From NCBI RefSeq assembly GCF_009914755.1, contig NC_060931.1: 64,000 nt of DNA, one strand, 5' to 3'. The stretch is from the human T2T-CHM13v2.0 reference genome, Homo sapiens. The notes beneath the pieces were generated by a model that was not told where the DNA came from, ran no database searches, and saw only the letters and a program-made list of their open reading frames with translations. Numbering within the stretch: the first letter of the stretch is position 1; every line of letters begins with the position of its first letter. The translations under genes were made by a program, and so were the position numbers. Shown here piece by piece: positions 1 through 14,799 of the stretch.

Positions 1-920
1 ATTAGTCTAACTCCCCATTCAATGGCCGTATATTCTCTACAGTATTCCTAACCATAAGACTTTGTTTTGACCCTGCTGTTTGTGTCCCCCATCCCTTAAA
101 GCAATCCATGTATGATAGTAATTATTAATTCCTTAGAGTAGTTTACATATGCCATCCTAAAACTTGTACGCCATTCCGTTCTCCACCCTTCATGGCTGTA
201 TAAAATTTGTCCCCTTGGTCATTCATTGGCTAGCCCTCAAATATTTGAAAACAACTAATGTTGCCTTAAGTCCTCTTTCTTTCAAGGTAAGCATCTTTAG
301 TTGCTTTTCTTTGCTCTTCTTCTTAGATTGGTTTCTAATCTTTACATCAAATATTTTCTGTTTGTGGACAAGATTTTTAAGGAATCTAAAACTATGAAAC
401 ATACTGTCCTATATGATCACAGTAATCTGTGAGGCTATTATTATCTTAGGAGTTATTACAATCTCTTACTTTCCCTTCCCAAGATGAACAACATAGCAAC
501 ATGAATAAAGAAAATTTTCCCTCTAGTAACTACAAGAGTTAGAGTAACTATGATTTACAGATGAAAACCTAGGGCCAGAGCCTTCCTGTAGGATATTAGG
601 CTTCCTTTTCAAGAGGTGCCCCCCTATATAATATTTTTAAATTATCTGCCCTCTTCCTTCAATTCTGTCACTCTGTTATGCCCTTTGAAAAGAGACAGTG
701 AAGGAGTTATATTTGGAAATACGCCCCATATTTTTTCTGATCACTGGAATGCAGAGGTGAATATGAATTTTATGAGTCTGTAGAGTTATTTTCAGTAATT
801 AATTCTACAATCTTAAAAATAGCTCTCACCATAAATCAACAGCTGAATGGTGGGAGTTGGACATAATGGAGAAAATATGGACTAAAGAGATTATGAACAG
901 GTATTGCAGAGAATCCATAT

Positions 921-1224
<304 letters not shown>

Positions 1225-3120
1225 GAGAATCCATATTTTAATTGGGTGAATTAAGTAAACTCTTGGATGGATTAAAAGGTTAGGTTCTGGTTGGATGTGG
1301 TTTTCCCTTATGTTTCAGAAATATGTCAACTCCCAATTTACAACAAAGGCCCAAATTCACAAAAAGAGAAAGACACCTCCTTCCCTACCTAGTAGAAGAA
1401 ACTAATATTGCCTTCAGACCATCCATATGCCATTATTTTTTTATATTACTCAGACTATAATAGGCAGTGAACTTTCAATAATATATCACCTGATCTTTTG
1501 GTGTCTATACGAGAAACCTGTAATCTTTCTCTGATAAAGAGAATGAACCCATGAGCCAATATACCTGACAAATGTGTAAAGGCAGGGGCAGTGCCCAGGT
1601 GTCCCTGAGAAGTCTATATCTGCCACTACTCAGGGCCACAGAGGGTACATATCACATGCAAGCACACACTTGCACTCACATGCGTGCATGTTTACCCTCT
1701 GGATTAGCCCAATTCTCCATTCACCTTTAGTTTTGCCTCATATTTTGGGAGTTCAGATTAGAAAACTGATGTAATCCATCCACATTTCTGGCATCTCTAA
1801 GCTTATATGGTATCAATGACCTCATGATTCTTTAGATTTATTTTTAATATCTGAGTATTTACTTTCAAGGGTTAATTAACCTTGGTGAAATCTTAAAATC
1901 TTCAGCTAAAGATATACTACATGACAGGCATACAATTTTGGAACTGCTTTGTTATGAACCTATACAACGTAAATTGGCAGTGGTCACATATTAAAGTAGC
2001 TGCTTGAACAAACCTTAATGGCACGACTTCCATCTCAGGACTTATTAAGATCCAGTGCTTGCTTAAAGAGAAATTAGTTTGTTTGCTATAATTTGTTGAG
2101 GAAATCACCATACAATATGCCATTAGAGTGCATATATTTCTTATAGAATACCTGTGGTTAAGCCTTTCCTGTCATCCTAAACTGGAGAACGTACTGAAAT
2201 TAGCTTGCATCATGAAAGCTTAGATGCAGCTGAAAATTCAGAGACAATTGTTTTATCTTAAAAGTTATTTTCACTTTTCCATTGCCACATTTAAAAGTTA
2301 AGGTTTATAGAGAAATATTCTCAAGTGATTATAGAACAAGTACAGGAATATAAAAGGATAAAAATATGTATTTCAAGTCATCAATTCTAATTCTGCTTCT
2401 AAAAATAGTCAGTGTGCAAAGCTGCAGTTGCTGGGGGATTACTTCAATGAAGCTACATCGTCACCATCAACTACATTTTCAGGATCCACAATCTCCATAT
2501 ATATACTTTATTGTTTAATGTTATAGAGGAAGAAAGTGTAATAATTTGGTGGGAACTTCCTCCTATGTTTGATATACGATGGTAGACAAATTAGCATCTG
2601 CCCGTGCTATGATGATCACAGGAACAATCTTGCAGCTGACAATGCCAAGAAATTACTGTCCTTCAATAACGTCAAGCTTTAAATTTTTGATTACTGAAAT
2701 TTCAGTAACAAATATTGCAATCAAAATTGAATTTCATAAAACTTTTGATTCATTCTATGATAGTAATATTCAGCTTCAGTCAATAATGACGTTGATACTC
2801 AGCCTTTCAGTGTTCGGCCAAATATTTATTTGGTGCATCTCTACTTTATATATATTTGCAGATTTTAAAATACTTTTTTCTGCTGTGTATCATCATAACT
2901 GATACATATACACAAACATACACACAAAATCTTATGGAAGGCAAATGCAAACATACACACAAAGAACATATTATAGGAAAATGTGAAAAAAAGAAAACAT
3001 TCAAAGCAGAGAGCATTACATAAGATGACAAAACTCAAACTAAACATATCTTCACTGTTATATGTAATGAAATAAAATTAATAATTAAAGCAAAAGACTT
3101 ATATTGGACAAGAAAAAATG

Positions 3121-3750
3121 TGTTGATGATTCTGTTAGCTCCACCCAAATCCTTTATCTGACTTTCAGTACTCTGTTCTGTGCTCCAGGAGATGAACCCC
3201 TAAGAATTTATCATTCAGGTTCCTCTGCCAGCTAGCTCCTAGTTGAATTGGATTAATGTAAGGCACTGGCAGTGGGTCAGATGGCAGAAGGAGAGAGAGA
3301 GAAATCCTGATATCTATTCCCTGCTTTCTTCCTAATTCTGCATGAATGTAGTTTCTACCAGATAACTCTTCTCCACAGCACCAGCTCGTCCTAGGCTTCA
3401 ATAATGCAAATTATACACCTTGTCCCTTCAGGTCTAGGGACGGTAACAGCGTTTCGCTGTTTCTGGTGTCTGAGTATTACAGCAACCTTTGCTGGGGTTT
3501 TAAATCCTGCTCTAACTGAGGTAAGTAGTCCATTCACCAAAGTCTCTATTGTGGACCATTGAAGCAGATTTCTTTTCCTTTTCATTCTTTCTTTTTTAAT
3601 AATAGTGATGGGGTTTCCTATGTTGCCCAGGATGGTCTCAAACTCCTAGGCTCAAGCGATCTCCCGCCTTGGCCTCCCAAAATGCCGGGATTACAGGTGT
3701 GAGGCACAATACCAAGCCTGAAGCAGATTTCTGTTTTATACAAGGGTCCT
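3121..3750 (+). mobile_element. LTR33-type LTR (5' LTR of decayed ERVL provirus)
   Basis: Resembles LTR33 consensus (ctctgttctgtgctccaggag...ggcactggcag...gaaggagagagag...tattccctgc; cccttcaggtctaggga). Interrupted near its 3' end by a FLAM. Confidence 0.7.
3574..3718 (-). mobile_element. FLAM/AluJ left monomer with 14-bp TSD
   Basis: Single Alu arm. TSD TGAAGCAGATTTCT at 3560-3573 and 3719-3732. Confidence 0.85.
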
Positions 3751-3759
3751 AATTAATGT

Positions 3760-5900
3760 AGAAGCTATTACAAAATGGGGTATGTAAGAATATCTCTTTC
3801 TTAGGGAATAACAGGTAGCTATACCTTGTACTGCCTACCACACAGAAAGAGCAGAGTGACTGAGAGGCTTCTCTGGATTTTGGAAGTAACATGACTACAG
3901 CTGTGTGTATTCAAACCTATTACAGGCTAACTCACAAGTCTACCCATTTAGAAGAAAGAGCTCTTTGCAGCAGGTTCAGTCTGTGCTGTAGGCTCCTCTA
4001 CTGCGTAGGTATTTTGACTCCGTAGATCTAAGTATCTGGCTTAGAGTAATGCTGTTTGAAGCTTCTAAGTAACCCCAAGAAGACAATCACAGTTCACCTA
4101 ACTAATGATTTTGGAACAAAACTGTGTCCCCTTCTGCCAAATATTTTTTATCTATTTAAGAAGTCAGGCTTGTCACCATGTATCTATGTGATTTGAAGTG
4201 TTCACCATCAACTGGTTGCTATCCAAGTTATCAAATATTAAAACTGTGCTTGAAAATTAGCAGGTTATTATAAGATGGAATTGATATGGGTGACATTAAG
4301 GCTGAACAGGAAGGGGAGTCACAAGTATATTGAATGAGCAGGTGGTTCAGACCTTTATTAGCTATTCCTGCTTAGTTATCAAATTTTCCTCAATTCTCAT
4401 TCATATTTAACAGGAGAACCCCCTAAAGAGAAGGTGCTCAACAATCAGGTAGATTAGGTGTCTGATCTTTCCTGTGGATGTCTATCAAGCTTTCTCCCAG
4501 TGATACTGGTGCTTACTTAGTGGAACCATGCAAAAAGTAATCATAGTTGCATGGATGGTAAATATGCTTGAACTCAACACAATGGACTACCCTTTAGCAA
4601 CCCTGATCTGTCTACTATCACTGAGTGTCCAACTTGTCAATACCAAGGGCCAATGTGCTCCTGATATGGCACCATTTCATAGGGACACCGACCAGGCACC
4701 TGGTGCCAGGGTGATTACATTGAATCCTTTATATTGTGGAGTAAGCAACCATTTGTCCACATGAAACCAAATACACATTCTAGAAATGGGTTTCTCTTCT
4801 CTGCCCTCAATGCTTCTACCGGTGTCACCATATGTCACCTTATAGAATGCCTTATTCATTGCCATAACATCCCATACTACATTGCCTTTGACAAGGAAAC
4901 TCATTTTATAGCAAAACAATTGTTACAAAAGATCCATGCCCGTGAAATTCATGTTTCCCCACATGTCCCATCACCAGTAAGCAGCTAGCTTGATAGAATG
5001 ATGGAATGGCTTCCTAAAGGCTCAGTTTCAATGCCAGGTGTGACACAATATTGTTTGAAATTGTGGTGCTGGCCTAACAGATTAAACTATTAGCCAATAC
5101 ATAAGCCATATTTCCAAAAGCCAGAACACGTAGGATCAGGAACTAAGAAGTAGAATTATTTTACCTAATATTCTATTTACAGAATTTTATTTCCGTTCCT
5201 GGAAACTTGTATTTAGTAGCTTTGGAGGTTCTCTTTTCCAAGGAAGGAACATTTCTTTCAAGAAATATAGCTATGTTTCCATTAAATTTGGACCTGAAAT
5301 TGCACCCTTGCTATTTTTAGCTCCTAATGCCATTGACCTAACTGGCAATAAAGAGTTTAACTATACTGAATGGATTGATTAATTCTGATTAACAAAGGAA
5401 AATTAGGCAAGTAGGCCTAGTTGGAATCCAGGAGATCTGCTGTGGAGACTTTTAGCACTTATGTTTCCCATAAAGAGCCACCAAATAAAGACAGTATCAC
5501 TAGGGACTTTGATCCTATGAAATGAAGATTTGGGTCATCCCATGAGACAATAATTCATGTACTATGGAAGTAGTAAAGTTTGCTTGAAAATGGAATGGAT
5601 AATAGAAAATGGAAATTATGATGATAAAATTTAGCCTCATGACCAAAAGTGAAAACAGTGGTAGCTAATTTACATATTTATGCTAACTGAATATTTCTTT
5701 CCCCTCACTCTCTTTGCTATCTCATATAAAGAGTACTGATAGTGGGTGACATTAACATTTATAATCCAGTTGGGAATAAGACTGAATTGCTGACACCCTG
5801 CCACAATTTAAATTATGCTAGGACTGTGGTCTTCCTGTACTGGAGATCCAATTTTCTTAATCTAAGCAAGAGGCAAGAATGAATGGTGAAGTCGGAGTAA
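3760..5900 (+). mobile_element. ERVL-class internal region (pol RT/RNaseH remnants, integrase, dUTPase), heavily disrupted
   Basis: ORF 4734-4988 (..TICHLIECLIHCHNIPYYIAFDKETHFIAK..) matches ERVL integrase (..TIHGLTECLIHRHGIPHSIASDQGTHFTAK..). 5220-5410 resembles ERVL dUTPase (LEVL..EG..F..PLN..L). Many stops and frameshifts. Confidence 0.82.
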
Positions 5901-6380
5901 TGTTCTGGTAAGTTTCTATTGACTTCATGGATTTATTTTCTTCCCTTGTCTAACTTGCTCTGTGCTCATGGATGCAGAGTCATGCAGTCAACATCATCCA
6001 GATTCCTTTGTAGCCTGAATTTCAGCAGAAGGCACTCAGTGGGAGGCTCCTGTAGGGTTCAAGTTAGGTGGAGAGGAGAATGGGTTATTTTTCCCCCGAT
6101 TCCCTCTGCTTTGGTTCTGTGCTTCTGCCAGGAGCTGAATCTCTCCATAACTAGAACTCCTGCTATGTGACCTTTCCTTGCAGCTCCAGAACTCACTTAG
6201 CTCTGGTAATGCTATCTTTTCTCTTGTCCCTTTATGGCTTCCTGTGGTTGGTGTCTTTTTTCCTCTGCATCTCTCTTTCTCTCTTATTTTTTTAACCCTA
6301 GCTACATCTCCGTAAACAGACTCTTTAGGTTCTTGACAGTGGAAACTCTTAGAGGAACCATGATTCCTTCCAGGATTACA
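5900..6380 (+). mobile_element. LTR33-type LTR (3' LTR of the same ERVL provirus)
   Basis: Diverged homology to 3121-3560 (ttgctctgtgctc..., gaaggcactcagtggg..., ttatttttcccc..ttccctctgc). Confidence 0.6.
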
Positions 6381-6429
6381 TTCAGTAACAAAGCCAATGA
6401 TTTATTGCATACAAGCAGCAACTCTAATA

Positions 6430-6930
6430 AAAATTAACTCAAATGCTTGAAAGTGAAGCTTTGGGCAAAAGAACAACAGGCAAATGGAAATTTAAAAAAA
6501 AAAGCAAAGATCACAATATTTAGAACCAATAAGTTTTATTCATGGTTGGTAAAAAATATGAATTAGGACAAAGGCACTTTTTATCAATAAAAAGATCACT
6601 ATAAATAAGTAACTGTCATAAATATTTATTAAATATGTATGCAAAATTCAGAAAGCAAAAACTTCAGAAGCATTTTTTAAAATACAATTTATAATACTAT
6701 TTTTTCAGCTGATGGAAGATCAAGTGAAAAAACATAAGTGAGATTTAGGAGGACATAAGCGATTAACGGAGGATAACTAATATGTGCATATTTATTCAAA
6801 TACTCATGGAATAATAGTCAAAGTGGACAAAGTATTGGGCCTCAATGAAAACCTTAGCATATTCCAAAAAGTAAAAATAGTGTGTAATTTAGTCCATGAT
6901 GACAATGTAATAAAACTGGAAATTATTTCT
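6430..6930 (+). mobile_element. Ancient L1M ORF2 endonuclease fragment
   Basis: ORF 6784: SNTHGIIVKVDKVLGLNENLSIFQKVKIVCNLVHDDNVIKLEI resembles L1 EN C-terminus S.HGTF.KIDH.LG...L.KF...EI....SDHN.IKLEI. Confidence 0.75.
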
Positions 6931-7559
6931 GGGAAGCGATATTGTCTGCAATTGTTAATTTCTACATTTTTAAAAATAATTATTCTATTATTTTGTTCAG
7001 TAAACATTGTACTTTTTTATAGGTAAAATATCAAAATACTCAAATATATACAAAAAGTTAGTAATATATAATTTTAAAAATACCGTACAAATATCAAACT
7101 TAGAAGAAGCATAAACAATTGTAGCTGTGCTAATAGCCCTCAATGAGTTCAGAATTTTATAATTAGATATTAAAAGGAGGATAAGAAGTGCATGTATAGT
7201 AACTGGACAGTGCACAGTCACAAGTTAGGTATAGCCCTATAAATTGTCTATTTTAAAGTACACATGTATAGCAATTTGCTATTCAGAAATGTTGAATCAT
7301 TTAAACATAATTTTATTATTACAGAAACAGTATATGTGCATCAGAGAAAAGTTTTTAAATGCAGAGGAGCAAAATGTGTCGAAATAGTCCTATAAACAAG
7401 AAACCCCCATTGTTAGCACCTTTGCCTCTAGCCTTACATATTATTTTTCATCAAATATACGCTTTGTAACCTCTTTTTCAGTCAGTAATTTTCACATTTT
7501 TATTTTCATGCATTTTCATTATATATAATATCCATGCTGTATTTAGATGTCTTTAATTA

Positions 7560-10295
7560 ATTAAACATTTTTCTTTAGGGCTGATTTCTTTAAACCAGTC
7601 TCAGTGCAGTCCTGCACATTATATCTAATTGTCCACCCTTTAATTTTTTTTTAAATCTAGAATTACCCCCCTTTTTAAATGGTACTGACTTGTTGAAGGA
7701 ATGAGGCCAATTGCCCTGCAAAATGGCATACCTTAGGGTTTTGCTTGATTGCTTTCTGTGTCTAAATTTACACCTAAAGCCTTAATGGCTCTCAGTTAAA
7801 CAATCTTGACTAGAATAAATCACAGGTGAAATTTTGTACCTCATGTTGTACTACATCAGAAAATTTGTAATGTCAGGTTGACCCACAGTTGAGACAGTAA
7901 GAGTGATCATTGGTTTGTGTGATATCTGATATCTGATACTGATATCATCCTTCAGTTAGATTGCCCCTTTTGCAAGTATGGGATGCTATGAAGGTCTACT
8001 TCCCCATAAGCCTTCACTTAATGAATTTTAGCAGGAATGTTTCTCTTTCATAAGCTTCCACTGAAATATAATATAATTGAATTGCCCAAATCATAATTGT
8101 ATAGCTCAAGGAATTAGTTCAGAGTGAACACACCCATGAAACTACCAACCTGGGTCAAGAAACACTCAAAGGACACATAGGAGGCTCCTCATGCCCCAAG
8201 CACATTATTTCCCTCTCCCTTCTCCCAAAATGTAACCACTGTCCTGATGTCAAATGGTAAAGAATAATTTACCCCCTATAAATAGACTAATACAGAATGT
8301 GTTTGTATTTGTTCCTCTTGTTCAAAATTATGATCAAGATTCACAGATGTTATTGTGTGTATCTTTATCATATTCATTTTGATAGATGTAAAGTAGTACA
8401 ATCTATTCATACACCACTATTTATTCTTACTTGTCTTGGTAGACATTGCTTTCCTTCTGTGGCTAAATAATCCATTTGTGAACATTGTTATAAGTTTCTG
8501 TTACTGCATATGTGCATATAATTCTGTTGAATGCATACCCAGAAATGAAATTCTTGGATCATACAGGACGCATGTGTTCAAATGTTGTAGATAATATGAA
8601 ACCTGTTTCCAAAGTGGTTGTTCGAAATTCATCCTGAGAGCATAAGAGATTTCCATTTGCTTCAAAACCACATCAACACTTTAAATTACTTTCTATCTTT
8701 TAACTTGTCTGGTGAATGTATAATATTTCTCCCGATGGACTTAATTATTATTTAAGGACGTCTTTTAATGAGGTTGGACGTCTTTTAAAACGTTTATTAT
8801 ATATTTGTATAATCTCTTTTGTAAACTGCTTTTTCAAAATATCGCCCATTTTCCTATTGGGTGGCCTCTCTTCTTATTGTTCGAATTTTTATGTATTCTG
8901 CATATAAGCCATTTGTCAATTATATAAACTGCAAATAATCTAGTTTCACTTGCTTTTGCTCTCTTATTGGTGACTTTTTAGAGAAGAAAACACTTTTTAA
9001 TTTTAATACAGTTCAAATCATTAATGTTTTTCATATCCTGCTTAAGAAATCTTTGCTTTCCAAGCCCTGAAGATATTCTTTATTATCTTATACAATTATT
9101 GCTTTTCCATTCCTGTTTAGATCTACATGAATGAAATGGTTTTGTGAATGAAGTGAGGTAAAAATCTAGATTTCTTTTTCCATACTGATACAGGATTCTA
9201 TACTGTTATATTGGTCTGTCTATGCTTGTGATATTTACCTTTCTTCATTACTATGGTTTATATTGTATCCTTGATATCTGGCACTGTAAGTACTTTGTTC
9301 TTTTTTGAGATGTTAGCTGTTCTTAGCCTTTTGCAATGTCATCTAAATTCTAGAATCCACATGTAAGTTTTTGAAGATAAAGAAGCCTCTTGGAACTATG
9401 ATTGATATTGTAATCAACAGATGAACTTAGGAAAATGGACATCTTTATAAATTTGAGTTTTCAATTTATGAACACATTCTATCTCTTGATTTATTTAGGT
9501 TTCATTCAATATTACCCAATAAAGTTATATAGTTCTGTAGAGATTTTGCATATATTTGATTAAATTTATCTCAAGTATTTGATGTTTTGATGCTGTTCAA
9601 AGGGATATCTTTTTATATTTTAATCTATTTATTGTATAAAGAAATACACTTTTTAAAATATTGATCTTATATCAGAAACCACACAAAGCTGTGATATTAA
9701 TTCTAATAATTAAGTAGAAAATTATCTTGGACATTTCATAAACACAAATGTATAGTGTGAAAATGGGAGTGGCATTTTACCTTTCTGGTCTTTAGTCTTT
9801 ACTCCTTACCGTCTCGCTCTGGCTATGAATGAATTAGAATAAAGTGGGATGGAGTAACGAGAATAAGTAATCTATCCTCATATTTTATCTTGCAGACAAA
9901 ATGTTTAACATTTCACATTATGAAGGATTTTGCTGCAGATTTTTTTCTTTTTTTGAAGATTATGTTTATCAATTAAAATGCTACAGTTTGCTGAGGTTTT
10001 CAATTCTAAAAAATACGATTATCAGAGATTTTAGACAATCGTCTGATTTTTCTTTTTATTCGTAGTACATTGCACTAATAGACTTTTAAATGTTTTTGGC
10101 AAATTTGAGCAGAAGGAGGATAACATTTCAAACACAAAAGTTGCAAGAAAAGTATAAGAAACCACAAAATATTTTACTGAGATTTTCAGATTCACCAGTT
10201 GTTTATGTTTTGCTCCATTTATTTATGATTTTTCCTCCTCTCTCATTCTTCTCTCTTTTTAATTATTTAAGACTAATATGTCAAATTTGCCCTTC
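7560..10295 (-). mobile_element. Ancient L1M (L1MC/L1ME-type) fragments, 3' UTR and ORF2
   Basis: Antisense L1 hallmarks (cccagaaatgaaattcttggatcata, tttccaaagtggttg, gacatctttataaatttgagttttcaatttatgaaca). Confidence 0.7.
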
Positions 10296-10300
10296 TACCC

Positions 10301-10644
10301 TGTTAGGGTTTGGCTGTGTCCCCACCCAAATCTCATCGTGAATTCCCACGTGTGTGGGAGGGACCCAGTAGGAGGTAATTGAATCATGTGGGCACATCTT
10401 TCCTATGCTGTTCTCATGACAGCAAAGAAGTCTCAAAAGATCTGATGATTTTATACAGAGGAATTTCCCTGCAAAAGTTCTCTTCTCTTGTCTGCCACCA
10501 TGCAAGACATGGCTTTCACCTTCTGCCATGATTGTGAGGCTTCCCCAGCCACATGGAACTGTGAGTCTATTAAACCTCTTTTATTTTGTAAATTGCCCAG
10601 TCTTGGGTTTATCGCTATCAGCAGCATGAAAACGGACTAATACA
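10301..10644 (+). mobile_element. THE1B solo LTR (MaLR)
   Basis: TG...CA ends, tggctgtgtccccacccaaatctcatc start, aaacggactaataca end. 5-bp TSD TACCC at 10296-10300 and 10645-10649. Confidence 0.9.
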
Positions 10645-10649
10645 TACCC

Positions 10650-12120
10650 CCAAATGAATCAATTTGACCTTCTAAAAAAAGGACATCTCCCTATAACCAA
10701 AGTATAATTATCAAAATCAAAAAAGTTTACGCATTGATATTTTAATGTTAAAACATCCTTACATTTCTGGAATTAAAGGAAGTTTGTTAGTCTACATTAA
10801 ACTTTTAAAATATGCTACTGAATTTGTTTAAAAAATATTTGCATAAGATTTTTACTTCAATTTGTATATGAAGCCTGGATTGTGTTTTTCTTTCATGTAC
10901 TGCCCTGTAATATTTCTTATCAAGATAATGTGGCCATCATAAAATGTGTTGGAAAGGGTTTCTGCAATTACAGAAACTAAATGTTATAGAACTCTAAGTG
11001 TTATAAAATAATTACTATTCCATTATTAAATCTTTAGAAGAATTTGCAGGCAAATCCTGGCATGGACTATTCCAAAATTGAATATGTTAAATATTTAATT
11101 TCATTAATGTAAATCAGATTACTCATATTTTTTTGCAGTGTCTGCTTCAGTAAGTAGTATTTTTCTTAGAATTTGTCAATTTTTTTCTAAATTTTCAAAT
11201 TGTTGCCAAAATTTGTTCATATATCCTTAAATAAATTTTAAAAAATCACATGTATTGATGTATAATTTACATTCATTAGAATTTACTCTTCTTAGACATC
11301 CAGTTTGATTATTATTGATAAATTACATTCATTAGAATTTACCCTTCTTAGATATACAGTTTGATGATTATTGATTAATGTATATAATCATATAACTACC
11401 ACTGCAATCAATATACAGAAAACTCCCATCACCCCCATAAATTCCCTCAATTTCCTTTGTATTAAGTCTCCAACCCCTACTTATATACCCTGGCAACCAC
11501 TGATCTGATTTGTCTCTATACTTTTGCCTTTACCAGAATATCACATAAATGGAATAAAACAATGTATTGCCTTTCATGTCTTTTGCAAAATTATGTTCTT
11601 TCATGGATTTTAAGTTTCTTCTTTTTAAATTGCTAATATTAACCTACTATCTCTATATAGAAAACTTTGTTTATCACTAGCTGATTGATGTACATTTGAG
11701 TTGTTTCTAGGTTTAAGGTATTGTGAATAATTTGCATATAGGGATTTACATGAACTTCCCTTGCTCCCTTTTTTGGGGGTAAATTCTTAAGAGAGGACTT
11801 TCTGAGTTGTATGTAAGAGAGTATTTAAAATGATAAGAAACTGTCAAACTGTTTTCCAAAGTTGCTGTATCATTTTGCATCCCCACTAACAAACTGAGAG
11901 TTTTGTGGTTCACATCCTCACTATCACTTGATACTTTCAGTTGTCTATAATTTTTAAATTTTAGCCAATTTAGTTATATGTATAGGGGCATCTCATTGTG
12001 GATTTAATTTACATTTTTCTAGTGAATAATAATGTTGATCATTTCATATGCTTACTGACCATTTGCATATCTTCTTTGGTGAAGTATTTGCTCAAATGTT
12101 TCCCTACTTTAAAATTTTAA
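10650..12120 (-). mobile_element. Old L1M/L1MB fragments
   Basis: Antisense L1 3' end (cctggcaaccactgatctg, aactgtcaaactgttttccaaagttgctgtatcattttgcatcccc). Confidence 0.72.
11265..11377. repeat. 56-bp imperfect tandem duplication inside L1
   Basis: ttacattcattagaatttac(t/c)cttcttaga...agtttgat.attattgat repeated at a 56-bp offset. Confidence 0.85.
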
Positions 12121-13429
12121 AAATTTAAAATTATTTTATATTCTGCTAATATTTTACAACTGAAGTTCACAAAATACTGAAAGGGTTAATTCAGACACAC
12201 TGGCAGAAACTGCAGTCTCTGATAATCTATATATATTACTTACCAATAATTGGTACAGAGTTGTGATTATTGATTAAGAAGCCTGAGAAAGAACTAGGAC
12301 AAAACACTTCTGAGCCTTTAGATAACTTATTTTCTTGGACTGGATTTGCCGAAACCAAATTGATCTTTGGCTGTATGTTTTTGGTCGTATGTCAAAGAAT
12401 AATATCTTTAGGAGATAATTCCAAATATCCAGAAAAATGCTTATCTCGAAGTCTACTTCTGAACCTTTAAATTTGACCCAACCTCCCACATATCTATTCC
12501 AGGAAATTACTTTGGCTTTCTCTAATTCATTCTCTAGTCAGGATCTTAACCTTTATTTTTTTTTCTTTTCCCCAGCTTTCTTGAACTAATAGTATCTGTG
12601 AAACATATTCTTGGAAAGCAAAGCAAACAAAGAAACACACAGTTAACCAAAAGTTAACAATTTGATGAAAAATATCCTGGCAAATGTTAGAATACCATAC
12701 CAGTAGTATGCTTCTGTTGTTTGTTTGCAAATCTAATGAAATCATAACATATGACTCTCAGAAAACAGCAAGGTAAAGATGGCTTCTTAAAGATGTCCTA
12801 GACTTAACAGCAATAAGGTTCTAGGTAGGAGACTGGGTCCAATTGCTTTTTAACTTTTAATCCAATAAGATTTTATCTTTATTAGAAGGAATGATATTTT
12901 TTAAATGGTAGTTAAAAACAGGTAAGAAATGAGTGATTATTACACAACAGTGCACTCTATAGTATGTGATAAACGTCTCTCTCTCTTTTCACTTAACAGT
13001 CAGAATTAAAATACTACTATTTCATTAATCAATATGATATTTAAATCACCAAGTTAAAAACGATCACTGTGTGTTAAAATTTTCTCTGATGACACTTCAC
13101 TATGCAGAACATGGTAATTACTTTGAGAAATCAGCTATTCCAAGGTAACTGGGCAGTTACAATATTTTATCAGGTAAATTACCAGTCACCATCAACATTC
13201 ATCACAGACTCATTTGGATTTTATTACAGATTGACATTTACTTATTTGCCCAACTTTTAAAATTACAACTGTTGCATGATTGCCCCAGAATGCAACTGTA
13301 GAAAATTAGCACACTAATTACATTAATTATCATAAATAAAAGGCTATCAAAGAGTAGCATGTAATAACATAGCATGTTTTAAAAGCAACTTAGGGCATCG
13401 CTATAATACCTTAAATTTAGGTATTACAT

Positions 13430-13620
13430 TGAAATTTTCAAGACTGCTTTACCTCTACAGTTTTAATCTTTAACACCTCAGCTATAGGAATGTTATTATT
13501 AATGCCATTTCAGAAATGAAGAAGCTGCAGCCAAAACAGCTGTGTGATCGCCCTAAGATCATATACAGCTGGAACAGTTTAAGGTCAAGTCAAAAACCAC
13601 ATTTCCTAAACTTCCAACAT
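13430..13620 (-). mobile_element. MIR
   Basis: attattaatgccatttcagaaatgaagaagctgcag resembles the antisense MIR core. Confidence 0.6.
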
Positions 13621-13739
13621 TCCATTTTTTGCCCCTATATTTTTCTGCCTTTTAGGGATGAAAAGTAAAATATTTATCTTTTGTGCTCCAATGTGTCAAC
13701 ACTTTAAGTGAACTAAAGATCAAAAAGTGAGTCTGATCT

Positions 13740-14270
13740 GCTTGCATTTTCCCAACTCTATTGCTACTGACCTAGTCAAGCAAACATCACCTTTCCTCTC
13801 AAGTACCTGTAACAACTCCCTTCCTTCTTGCCCCATAAAAATCCATATTATACAGAGAAGCCCAACTGACTATTAAAATATAAATGAGATCATGCCATTT
13901 TTTTTTGCTTAAAATGATCTGTGGATTCTCAACATACTAGAATAAAATCTAAATCACCAAGTCCTATAAAATTCATGTAATCTGAACCCCTCTCCCATTT
14001 CATCTCCTATCACTCTATCCCCTCATTATTCTGCTTTTTTTTTGGTCTGATTGTTGAGCCTATTGCCAAGATTGAGCCTGCCTCTGAGTCTTTGTTCTTC
14101 TATTTTACTCTGTTTGGAATATTCTACCCCCAGGTTTCTGCAGAACTGGTTTCAAATTCCTACTCCTCAAAGAGATTTTCTTAAATAACTGAACCTAAAC
14201 TGACCTTTCCTCTTTCTCCTTCTTTCCTACAGCCTATCCTCTAGTCATTCCTTATCACATTCTGTTTTAT
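13740..14270 (+). mobile_element. L2 3' region
   Basis: ctagtcaagcaaacatcacc...aaaatataaatgagatcatgcca...gcttaaaa...agaataaaatctaaa typical of L2. Confidence 0.65.
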
Positions 14271-14289
14271 TTTTATGCCATTTTTCTTT

Positions 14290-14780
14290 GCTTTCAGAAG
14301 TTATCAACTCCCACACCTTAGAAGTCCACAGAAGAGTTTGTGTATCTCGATTACTACCTGTAACAGAAGCTATGCATTCTTCACTCCTATCTCTAAAGGC
14401 TGCTCTGGAAATCACCTGCAACTTCAGTTGATGGTTCTCATATATTCTAAAGAGCTTTCTATCTCAACATCTCTCAGCCTGAGGCCATTCCCTGAGTATT
14501 CTTCCTAGCAGACAAGAAATGCCAGGAAGTTAATGGCTCAAGGTATTAGGATGGTGCAAAATTAACTGTGGGTTTTGCTATTAATGCAACCTTTAGTCCA
14601 TAGATAAAATCAGGAAATTACTATGTACACGGCTCCTTCATTCCTCAGGTGGCCAATTATAAAGGTGTGTTCGACATCTTTTACAGTCTCCAGCATGACT
14701 GAACCCTAGTTGCACACAGTAGAAACCAGCTTATTCATGTGCACTTCATTGCCTTTCATTTCTCTGTCTATTTTGTTGTT
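14290..14780 (+). mobile_element. LTR16-type LTR with an internal MADE1 fragment (~14545-14585)
   Basis: gtgtgttcgaca...ctgaaccctagttgcacacagtag...ttcattgcctttc matches the LTR16 end. tattaggatggtgcaaaattaactgtgggttttgctatt matches the MADE1 TIR. Confidence 0.62.
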
Positions 14781-14799
14781 AAATAAAACAAAATTATAC

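Noticed and set aside
7920-7948. (TGATATC)n mini-repeat/palindrome
   Set aside because: Short slippage repeat within old L1 sequence.
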